Origin: a virus
Strand: one strand, 5' to 3'
Length of the DNA stretch: 64,000 nucleotides
IMG/VR virus record: IMGVR_UViG_3300020159_000429
Span: 1-64,000 of that record
In this document: piece by piece, positions 56,420 to 64,000 of the stretch
How the letters are laid out: each line of letters starts with the position of its first letter
How positions within the stretch are numbered: the first letter of the stretch is position 1
Program-made: the position numbers and the translations under genes
Notes under the pieces: generated by a model
What the model was told of the DNA's origin: nothing
Seen by the model: the letters and a program-made list of their open reading frames with translations, nothing else
Database searches by the model: none

Positions 56420-56984
56420 TCTCTGGATAGTCTTTGAAAAAGCTACGGGACAAATTATAAAAATGTCTCCAACTAAAATTGATAACAATTTGGATACTCG
56501 ATGTTCAATCAATGTTCCGGACGAAATGCTATTTGAACTGGTTACTAATAATTCTATTGACAGATTATACACTGATTTTAAAGCATCTTTAGATGGATAT
56601 AAATTAGTTCTAAACGATAATCGTGAAACAATAGTAGATAAACATTATAATAAAGTAGTAGCAATACCGTATATACATCGATCACACACTATCGAAACAG
56701 ATTTGAGATTAGAAATTACTAGTGTAGATAATAAGCCTGTACTAAAAGTATCTTTTGTTGGAAATCCCTTGTTACGATCAAACAGATATAGAAATAAAGA
56801 ATTAATTCATTTAACAGCTAAAAATGATATAAACAAACATTATCAATCTTTTGAAATTGATTTGACTAAAATTGATAATGAAGTATTATTTGATATCGAT
56901 CGATGCGATTACAGATTATTGTTTTCAAATCAAATTAGTTTTTATCATAGAAAAAAATTAAACACAGTTTACACAATCACATGA
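56412..56984 (+). CDS. Hypothetical protein
   Basis: 190-aa ORF overlapping both neighbours in the operon. Confidence 0.65.
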   Translation: MNSLWIVFEKATGQIIKMSPTKIDNNLDTRCSINVPDEMLFELVTNNSIDRLYTDFKASLDGYKLVLNDNRETIVDKHYNKVVAIPYIHRSHTIETDLRLEITSVDNKPVLKVSFVGNPLLRSNRYRNKELIHLTAKNDINKHYQSFEIDLTKIDNEVLFDIDRCDYRLLFSNQISFYHRKKLNTVYTIT

Positions 56985-57898
56985 AAACATCTAACATTGA
57001 CTTAATTTTTATTTCGTATGACGAGCCCAACGCAGATTTAAATTATGCTGACTTGTTAAACAAAGCACCTTGGGCTAAACGTGTACACGGAGTCAAAGGC
57101 AGCGATCAGGCACACAAGGCTGCTGCTGAACTATCTAATACTGATTGGTTTATAACAGTTGATGGGGATAATATTGTTGATGAAAAGTTTTTTAATATTG
57201 AAATAACAGAGTCTCCGGGTATTGCGGTCTATGGATGGTCTGGTGAAAACGTTGTTAATAATCTACGATATGGCAACGGCGGATTAAAAATTTGGAACAA
57301 AGAATTTGTTCTTAATATGCGTACACACGAAGCAGCAGAAAGTAACAGAGCTCAAGTTGATTTTTGCTGGGAAGCAGGATACTTAAATCATCCAACGGTG
57401 TTTAGTAAAACAATTATTAATTCTACACCTTTCCAAGCATGGAGAGCAGGATTTCGCGAAGGCGTAAAGATGCTGCTCAAAGACGGAGTTAAAGTAGAGA
57501 ATGCTCCTGTATTAAATGAAATTTATTGGCACAACATACATCGATTAAAAATTTGGTCTTGTGTAGGAGCTCATGTTGACAACGGAATATATGCCATGCT
57601 TGGTGCTAGGACAGGTAGTTATATGTCCTATTGTACGGATTGGGATTATGTACAAGTTCGAGACTTTGAACAACTACAATTAATTTATAATGAAACAGCT
57701 AGCCCTATTGAAGGACATGCTGATAAAATTTTAGAACAACTAGATTTTTATGCGTTTGAGTTAAAAGCTGGAATAGGGTTAGAGTTAGCTACCTTTAATA
57801 CATCACAAAGCAAATACATTACAGACATGTATGCTGAAACAGTAGCATTAGGACAAACTTATTACAATAAGGATCCAGTATGGAAAAGTTCTTTTTAA
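56981..57898 (+). CDS. Phage GT-A-like glycosyltransferase
   Basis: FISYDEP, RVHGVKG..AH, VDGDN (DxD), YGNGGLK, AWRAGFREGVK. Confidence 0.65.
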   Translation: MKTSNIDLIFISYDEPNADLNYADLLNKAPWAKRVHGVKGSDQAHKAAAELSNTDWFITVDGDNIVDEKFFNIEITESPGIAVYGWSGENVVNNLRYGNGGLKIWNKEFVLNMRTHEAAESNRAQVDFCWEAGYLNHPTVFSKTIINSTPFQAWRAGFREGVKMLLKDGVKVENAPVLNEIYWHNIHRLKIWSCVGAHVDNGIYAMLGARTGSYMSYCTDWDYVQVRDFEQLQLIYNETASPIEGHADKILEQLDFYAFELKAGIGLELATFNTSQSKYITDMYAETVALGQTYYNKDPVWKSSF

Positions 57899-58560
57899 GC
57901 TACGACGATCCTAATCTTAAAGAAAACTTTTTATTTGCTAAAACAAAAATAGCAGATTTAAATTTGTTTGAGACCACATTAAATATTGCTGATTCGCATC
58001 GTGCCTGCGGTAATCGGTCTTTGACAAATATGTTTATGGTCATTGACTCTGATGCGTTATTATTAGATAATTTTAAAATTTCTCAGGTATATAACAGCAT
58101 TATTGACAAGAATAAAATGTATATTTTTTCAGCACGTAATCCTATTAATGATTTAGAGTACGGCCACGGTGCTATTAAAATATTCCAAAAGAAGTATTTT
58201 ACTGATCAAGAAGTCATTGATTTTTCTACAAGTTTTTTTGGAAAGATAGAACATGTTCAATTAACATTAAATGTACATCGCTTTAATTCAAGTCCGTTTC
58301 ATACTTGGCGTACCGCATTTAGAGAATGTGTAAAATTATCTGCTGCTACTATCAAAAATAGAAATAAGTATGATGATGAATACAGATTATCTGTATGGTG
58401 TGAGAAAGCAAACGGTAATGATTTTTCTCAAGAATGTATAGACGGTGCTAAAGCAGGCAGAGACTATGGCACTAAATTTAAAAATGATTTCGACATCTTA
58501 AAGCAAATCAACAACTTTGAGTTTTTAAAGGAACAACATGTTTTGGCAACAAGATCCTAA
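57880..58560 (+). CDS. Phage GT-A-like glycosyltransferase, paralog of the upstream gene
   Basis: FLSYDDP, IDSD, YGHGAIK, TWRTAFRECVKL. Confidence 0.65.
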   Translation: MEKFFLSYDDPNLKENFLFAKTKIADLNLFETTLNIADSHRACGNRSLTNMFMVIDSDALLLDNFKISQVYNSIIDKNKMYIFSARNPINDLEYGHGAIKIFQKKYFTDQEVIDFSTSFFGKIEHVQLTLNVHRFNSSPFHTWRTAFRECVKLSAATIKNRNKYDDEYRLSVWCEKANGNDFSQECIDGAKAGRDYGTKFKNDFDILKQINNFEFLKEQHVLATRS

Positions 58561-59935
58561 TAAAAAATATATTAAAATAGCTAACCGATTAGATAAAACT
58601 GGAAAAGGGTTTTGTCTAGCTAAATGGTACATGGTTACTATTCATTTACATACCGGCGATAACCATAGTTGCTATCATCCGTCTATGCACAGAGTGAGTG
58701 TTGAGGAAATAAAAGAAAATCCAGCAGCACTACACAATAGCAAATATAAAAAACAACAGCGTAAAGCAATGCTAGAAGGCGAACGACCTTCTGAGTGTAG
58801 TTATTGTTGGGCATTGGAAGATGTAAATCAAATTAGTGATCGACATTTAAGAAGTTGGGAGTTTGAAAGTACTAGACCTAGTATCGACACTGTGACTACC
58901 CTTCCGTGGGATGCCGATGTTTATCCTCGGTACATGGAATTAAGTTTTGGATCAGAATGTCAAATGAAATGTATGTATTGTGCTCCAACAATCAGTAGTG
59001 CGTGGGAAGCAGAAATTAAAAGACACGGAGAGTACCCTTTAGAATTTCTGCCTAATCGCAGACAGTATGCTATTAATCCTAAAGGCCGCACTGTATACAA
59101 AGAAGATGATAATCCCTACATAGAAGCATTTTGGAAATGGTTTCCCGAATGCTATACACATTTAGATACATTACGAATAACTGGTGGCGAGCCACTGCTT
59201 AGTACTAACTTTGTAACGATGCTTGATTATATTGAAGCAAATCCAAGACCAGATCTTAAGTTTGCCATCAATAGCAATATGAGTGTTCCTCAGAGAAATC
59301 TAGATAAGTTTATAGAGAGAGCCAAATCACTTAAAGCAAATAAAAAAGTAAGAGAGATAATTCTATACACTAGTGTAGATACTTGGGGTGATCAAGCAGA
59401 ATATATTCGCAATGGTCTAGATTTAGAACGTTGGGAGTTTAATGTTCATAGATACCTTAACGAAGTACCTGACAGTAAACTAGGGTTAATGATTACTGTA
59501 AACTTTTTAAGTATCTTTAATTTTGAAAAATTATTAGATAAAATATTAGAATTGCGAAAAAGATACAACACTCGATTCAACAAAAGAATTCAATTTGATA
59601 CACCCTACTTGCTAGAGCCGCCGCATCTAAGTTTACAAATAGCTGACAATACACATATTGCTCGTTTATACAAAGCCATTGCTTATATGAAAACTCTAGT
59701 AAAAAATTCAGATTATACAAAATTTGATAATACAGAATATTCTAAATTTGAACGAGTTGCTAAATGGGCAGAAGATAATAGATATTCTGGAGAACTATTA
59801 ACAATAATAAGAAAAGATTTTGTAACTTTTATTGATGAACATGATAAGAGAAGAGGAACGAGTTTTTTAACTACGTTCCCCGAAATGGCAACTACTGTTG
59901 CTGAATGGAATACTAGTGATTCACAAAGTCGTTAG
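58538..59935 (+). CDS. Radical SAM enzyme with extra Cys-rich N-terminal region
   Basis: CQMKCMYC (CxxxCxxC), ITGGEPLL; additional FCLAKW, SCYH and CSYC. Confidence 0.88.
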   Translation: MFWQQDPNKKYIKIANRLDKTGKGFCLAKWYMVTIHLHTGDNHSCYHPSMHRVSVEEIKENPAALHNSKYKKQQRKAMLEGERPSECSYCWALEDVNQISDRHLRSWEFESTRPSIDTVTTLPWDADVYPRYMELSFGSECQMKCMYCAPTISSAWEAEIKRHGEYPLEFLPNRRQYAINPKGRTVYKEDDNPYIEAFWKWFPECYTHLDTLRITGGEPLLSTNFVTMLDYIEANPRPDLKFAINSNMSVPQRNLDKFIERAKSLKANKKVREIILYTSVDTWGDQAEYIRNGLDLERWEFNVHRYLNEVPDSKLGLMITVNFLSIFNFEKLLDKILELRKRYNTRFNKRIQFDTPYLLEPPHLSLQIADNTHIARLYKAIAYMKTLVKNSDYTKFDNTEYSKFERVAKWAEDNRYSGELLTIIRKDFVTFIDEHDKRRGTSFLTTFPEMATTVAEWNTSDSQSR

Positions 59936-60596
59936 TAAGAGGAAATATTTCAGCAATTACTTTAGCACATGCAATAGCAACTTCTTGATGTTCGAGTTGT
60001 GTGCCATTTGCTGAACGCAATTCAATAAAATGAATCCATGAACGTAATGTACCATTCATATATAAACGACTTTCTGTGAGACCTTCGGGTAGTACAGCCC
60101 GGGCTTGTTCTTTAGCAATGCCGACATCGATGGCCCATTTATAGGTTTCTTTAACTAAATCAATAACATCCTGTTGTCGGCGATTCCATTCATGAATAAG
60201 AAATTCATCGTCTTCATCTTGTACATCAATCTCTATGCTGTTTTGTCTATTTTTAGGGTCTTGTAACCGTGCTTCTCTAAGTACAAATGACAAGTCTTTA
60301 GTAGGGTCAGCATATCGCTGACTGAATTCTTGGAAGCTGAAACTACGATGTCTAAGGATCTGTCGTGCAATATCTCTTGTGGTTGTAATTTCGCAACAGG
60401 CTGACACCATTTCGAGTGGACTCCAGTGTTGGTGTTTGACCAAGTATCGGATGAGTTTTTCTGATGTGTCTGTGTTGAGTTGGTTGGAAGGGTTGGACAC
60501 ACGGGCGCAATACGCAATGAGTTCCTGTGCATCGTCGATGCCCATATCTCTATATTCACCTGTTGGTTGGGAATATGATAAAAGTTTAACATTCAT
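59913..60596 (-). CDS. thyX: Flavin-dependent thymidylate synthase
   Basis: RHRSFSFQEFSQRY ThyX motif, HWSPLE, EQARAVLP, RSWIHFIELR. Confidence 0.96.
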   Translation of the reverse strand: MNVKLLSYSQPTGEYRDMGIDDAQELIAYCARVSNPSNQLNTDTSEKLIRYLVKHQHWSPLEMVSACCEITTTRDIARQILRHRSFSFQEFSQRYADPTKDLSFVLREARLQDPKNRQNSIEIDVQDEDDEFLIHEWNRRQQDVIDLVKETYKWAIDVGIAKEQARAVLPEGLTESRLYMNGTLRSWIHFIELRSANGTQLEHQEVAIACAKVIAEIFPLTNDFVNH

Positions 60597-60907
60597 TGGT
60601 TACCTAATATATTTTTAGTTAATTTTATAATATCTTGTTTAAGTTTGTCAATATCAACTTGAAAGTTAACAGTGGCAATCTCATCTTGAAAATCTCTGAT
60701 GCTTAACGCAAGTCGTTCGATGATGTCGTCCTCGTCAACTAAGTCTAGCTGATCCGGGAGATCAATTTCCCAAACTCTACCGTCATGAAAGGTTAGCTCA
60801 ACACCGTGAATATACTTAATGGGCATCGAGCTCATGTATATCTCGTTGAATACTTCAGGCCATTCTTTTATAACATCTTTTGGTGGCTTGAAGTATTTTT
60901 TAGGCAC
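60593..60907 (-). CDS. Hypothetical protein
   Basis: 104-aa ORF overlapping neighbours in the operon. Confidence 0.7.
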   Translation of the reverse strand: MPKKYFKPPKDVIKEWPEVFNEIYMSSMPIKYIHGVELTFHDGRVWEIDLPDQLDLVDEDDIIERLALSIRDFQDEIATVNFQVDIDKLKQDIIKLTKNILGNQ

Positions 60908-61508
60908 TAGCTTCTTCTGATACCTTTGTTGTCTTTTTCTTAGGCGGATCTAGCAAATCGGCTTCTTTACGTAATCTAGCAGCTTCTTTATACATAGCAT
61001 CTGCTTGACTGCGATATGATTTAGCAAGATCAGTATCACTTAATACTTCGTTTGATGTTGCTGTTACCGGATCGGATAAATCAGTAACTTTAGCAATGTC
61101 CTTAACTTCAGATTTGCTGCCACTTGACAACGCAAGGTCTTCAACTTTAACACCACGCTGTTCGGCAATAAGTTTATTCAACTCATCTAACCCAATGACG
61201 TAATTTGGTGTAGGTGTTATTTCGACATCTTTAGTAGGCACTCGAACTAAATTTCTATTCTGGTGCAATACTGCTAGCATTGGTTTACCATCAGGGAAAT
61301 ACCGTGTACCGAGAATCTCGCCAAACTCGAATGAATCTTGTGCTTGCGGACTTTCAACTAGATCGATAATAGCGTTATGATAACTATCATTTAATCCTGC
61401 TGTACCAACTACTAGACAATGCTCTGGATCATTTGGAAGCGTTTTAAAAACTACAAGAAGTTTATTCTTATTAGTTTTCATACGCCCCACATGTTTAATA
61501 TTAGCCAT
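60900..61508 (-). CDS. Hypothetical protein
   Basis: 202-aa ORF in the operon; GGA SD. Confidence 0.75.
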   Translation of the reverse strand: MANIKHVGRMKTNKNKLLVVFKTLPNDPEHCLVVGTAGLNDSYHNAIIDLVESPQAQDSFEFGEILGTRYFPDGKPMLAVLHQNRNLVRVPTKDVEITPTPNYVIGLDELNKLIAEQRGVKVEDLALSSGSKSEVKDIAKVTDLSDPVTATSNEVLSDTDLAKSYRSQADAMYKEAARLRKEADLLDPPKKKTTKVSEEASA

Positions 61509-61731
61509 TTTCTTTTTGTCCCTCTTGTTTAGGTGTTACACTTTCAAGGAATGTTGCTAGTCTATTATAGATCTTACCAACGGATTCCATTTCTGCTGCC
61601 TTAAACGCACCACGTTGTGTAGCAACATCAACGATAGTGCGTAACGCACCGAGGTCGTTAATGGTTAACTCGGGTGATTTAGTTTCTGGTGCTGCTTGTT
61701 GAGTCTGTTCTGCTTTCATTTCTTCTGCCAT
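61501..61731 (-). CDS. Hypothetical protein
   Basis: 76 aa; AGGAG SD. Confidence 0.75.
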   Translation of the reverse strand: MAEEMKAEQTQQAAPETKSPELTINDLGALRTIVDVATQRGAFKAAEMESVGKIYNRLATFLESVTPKQEGQKENG

Positions 61732-61980
61732 TTATATTCTCCTAAAATGCGGGCAAGCTAACATAAAAAACGTTAGTTCTTTATCATCTTCAAAACCTAA
61801 AAGAGCAGTATGACTATCCGAACTAGGAATTAGAAAATACCGTCCCTTCAATTTATATTTTATCCAGTCTTCGAGATCTGTATTGTAAAACTGGTGCGTT
61901 ACCTTGATCTTAGCAAAATGCGGCGGAATCCAAGACACCGAACGTTTCTTTAACACATCCAAAGGATTTAAATTCATCAT
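61732..61980 (-). CDS. Hypothetical protein
   Basis: 82 aa; CGTAAATA motif at 61983-61990 just upstream. Confidence 0.65.
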   Translation of the reverse strand: MMNLNPLDVLKKRSVSWIPPHFAKIKVTHQFYNTDLEDWIKYKLKGRYFLIPSSDSHTALLGFEDDKELTFFMLACPHFRRI

Positions 61981-62010
61981 AGTATTTACGGTAACAGTGA
62001 TTTGTGAAGT

Positions 62011-62400
62011 TTATTCTTGGCTCATACGTTTGCTGAGTGCTTTACCATATCCAAATTTTCTTATATCACCTGAAAATAGATAAAGTTCAAACGCTGCTTT
62101 TTCGGTTATGACTGTAATATCTTTCTTAGTAATATAATACGGACTTTCGATAAAGTTGTCAAGCCATATTAGTATTTGTGGAGTTATTGTGATTTCTTTT
62201 GGAAATTTGATAGTGTATGTTTTTAGTTTGGCATAGTCGCTGATATAATCTATACCTTCTTCAGTTAATCGAAGTCCGCCTGAGTCTTTACTTCGATTAT
62301 TCCACCACCAAACACTTTTTTTAGATTTTATAATGTCGTCTGTTACAAGTTCTTCAGTGGCTTTTAGAAGTAGTCTTGTATAAACATCTTTGGTTTTCAT
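62011..62400 (-). CDS. Hypothetical protein
   Basis: 129 aa; ATGA coupling with the upstream gene. Confidence 0.7.
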   Translation of the reverse strand: MKTKDVYTRLLLKATEELVTDDIIKSKKSVWWWNNRSKDSGGLRLTEEGIDYISDYAKLKTYTIKFPKEITITPQILIWLDNFIESPYYITKKDITVITEKAAFELYLFSGDIRKFGYGKALSKRMSQE

Positions 62401-62690
62401 TTTGGTGACTTAATAATTTCGCCTTGTGTCAGTTTGACAACTTCGAAGTCAGTAGTCTTAAATAATTTGTTTAACTTTTTAGCTAAATTGTATGCGTGGC
62501 CTGGATTACTAAATGATACTTTTTTGTATTTAGGCCCGGGATAACTTGAAATCAAACTGCCGCTCTTAAGATTGAATGGTTGCCCTTTATAAAAAACTGC
62601 CCAAATGGCATCAGACTCTAAAATCTGTTCCACTTTAAAGTTTTCTTTATTGGCGTATTCTAGCAATACTTTAGGTTTCGGTCTACTCAT
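62397..62690 (-). CDS. Hypothetical protein
   Basis: 97 aa; CATAAATA motif at 62718-62725 upstream. Confidence 0.7.
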   Translation of the reverse strand: MSRPKPKVLLEYANKENFKVEQILESDAIWAVFYKGQPFNLKSGSLISSYPGPKYKKVSFSNPGHAYNLAKKLNKLFKTTDFEVVKLTQGEIIKSPK

Positions 62691-62728
62691 GAAATTCTCT
62701 ATTATAATACACGCATATATTTATGCCA

Positions 62729-62977
62729 CTAGAACGTTCCCCCATCCATCTGTACTGAAATTTGTTGTTGTTCGCCAGTCAATTTATCCAATCTACTATG
62801 GATTTCTGATATTTGTTTACCTAACTTTGTGGTCATTAGGCTAAGATCTGTTGTTAGTTCACGAGCTTCTTGAATTGTTAATCTAATCTCTTTTTGATTG
62901 GTTTTTTCAGCGGCAACGACCCTTTGGAGCAGTCTTTCAACACTTGGCAATTGAATTGATGTTTTATCTTGAGACAT
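62729..62977 (-). CDS. Hypothetical coiled-coil protein
   Basis: 82-aa ORF in the operon. Confidence 0.65.
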   Translation of the reverse strand: MSQDKTSIQLPSVERLLQRVVAAEKTNQKEIRLTIQEARELTTDLSLMTTKLGKQISEIHSRLDKLTGEQQQISVQMDGGTF

Positions 62978-63440
62978 TTGATAACCTTTGACGCATTTCT
63001 AATTCGGTCTTAAACGGGCCTTGATATTCATATCGTTCTAATGTAATTTTTTTAGGACAAAAACTTTTTACCCAACCTTTGTCAAATTTAATTACATAAT
63101 ATCCTGCACAATACAAACTCTTTGAATCTTCGCTTTTAGTAAACAGCGGAAGTTTCTTTTGAATATCGTACATGGCGTTATGCGGCTCGGCGCTCGTAGG
63201 ATAACCGTGAACTTCTAATGGATTAGCATTATCGGCTTCCTTAACAATTTTTACAATGAAAAAATCTTTACCAAATTGATCAGTTAGGCTTTTTCGTGTG
63301 TCATAAATTCTAACACCTTTTTCATTGCTCATTATAAATTTATTATCTTCGTTTTTTCGAAGTGTAGCAAATTTGGTTCCGTCTTTTTCAACAATCCAAA
63401 ATTTATTGTCAATAATTGGTTTAGCATGTAAGTCTGTCAT
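62964..63440 (-). CDS. Hypothetical protein
   Basis: 158 aa; ATGA coupling with the RNase H gene. Confidence 0.7.
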   Translation of the reverse strand: MTDLHAKPIIDNKFWIVEKDGTKFATLRKNEDNKFIMSNEKGVRIYDTRKSLTDQFGKDFFIVKIVKEADNANPLEVHGYPTSAEPHNAMYDIQKKLPLFTKSEDSKSLYCAGYYVIKFDKGWVKSFCPKKITLERYEYQGPFKTELEMRQRLSNVSR

Positions 63441-64000
63441 GGTGTATATCTCGCATTTAATGGTTCGGCATAGCTTTGTGCTTGATCAGAAATTTTCTTT
63501 AGATCATATAAGTTACAAAATTTTATTAATCTAATGCCAACTTGATCAATACGTTTATTTGCTGTAATGGCAGTAGAAATTGTTTCGTTAATAATAGTTC
63601 GAATATCTTCAGGTTGTTGAGTAAGATCGATCAGCTGACGATTGCGTTCATAATCTTCTAAGACACGATGTTCTTGTCCTTCGTGGTCAGTCCATCTCTG
63701 AAGCATGAGATTGTTCCACGAATATCCTTTGCTTTTACGATCTTCGAACGCTTCACTAAGACCCACTTTTTTGCTTGTGCCTTTAGTACGTACACCCGGA
63801 TACGCTGAGAAGACATTATCACTGGTATCACCACGCATACATTTTTCAAACAAGAGCCATTCTGGGTCAGGTGCTGATTTTGGCTCTTGCGTTTTCTTGT
63901 CAATGATTGGTTTGCCTTTGTCATCAAAATACCCTTCGTGAGTTATAGTACACTCTTGAACACCGTTATACTGTTTCACGTTAGGCGCAATCAGTTGTAC
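63437..64000 (-). CDS. rnh: T4 RNase H-like 5'-3' exonuclease, 3' part (start lies outside the window)
   Basis: GDTSDNV...PGV helix-hairpin-helix motif and ERNRQLIDL; frame stays open to base 64000. Confidence 0.85.
   Translation of the reverse strand, partial: VQLIAPNVKQYNGVQECTITHEGYFDDKGKPIIDKKTQEPKSAPDPEWLLFEKCMRGDTSDNVFSAYPGVRTKGTSKKVGLSEAFEDRKSKGYSWNNLMLQRWTDHEGQEHRVLEDYERNRQLIDLTQQPEDIRTIINETISTAITANKRIDQVGIRLIKFCNLYDLKKISDQAQSYAEPLNARYTP

Noticed and set aside
59913-59935. 23-nt convergent overlap of the radical SAM gene and thyX
   Set aside because: Short tail-to-tail overlaps are common in compact phage genomes; no additional structure seen.
292-63941. Numerous 60-210 aa ORFs antisense to or nested in long genes (e.g. 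2421-2810, 5726-6229, 7472-8101, 19822-20199, 52713-53096)
   Set aside because: Shadow ORFs of well-supported genes; low-complexity S/P/L-rich translations with no SD or motifs.
1-64000. Stop-codon reassignment, tRNA genes, inteins
   Set aside because: Genes are full length in the standard code; no cloverleaf with T-loop/CCA and no intein splice motifs were noticed by eye.

Overview
A 64-kb, AT-rich, gene-dense segment of a large T4-like (myovirus-type) dsDNA phage genome in standard genetic code. Left to right: (i) a minus-strand head module (5' end of major capsid gp23, scaffold gp22, prohead protease gp21, acidic core protein, a Maf/DUF115-like transferase, portal gp20) downstream of two tandem paralogous tape-measure/hub-like genes, one carrying an M23 peptidase; (ii) a gp26/gp51-like chaperone pair joined by a canonical -1 ribosomal frameshift signal; (iii) a ~450-nt ORF-free, heavily structured element immediately 3' of a GIY-YIG nuclease gene; (iv) gp46/gp47 and the gp55 late sigma factor; (v) a plus-strand baseplate operon (gp48/54-, gp53-, hub-, gp5-, gp25-, gp6-like, and a 4889-aa giant virion protein); (vi) five paralogous tail-fibre genes with interspersed small genes and a 2OG-Fe(II) oxygenase; (vii) four glycosyltransferase-like genes and a radical SAM enzyme; (viii) minus-strand thyX, small hypotheticals and the 3' part of an RNase H/5'-3' exonuclease. 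T4-type late promoters (nATAAATA) sit at most intergenic junctions. The most novel-looking items are the GIY-YIG-linked pseudoknotted RNA candidate, the G/GT-like frameshift beside duplicated tape-measure genes, and a possible virion hydroxylation/glycosylation system. All assignments come from motif recognition by eye; no searches or folding programs were run.
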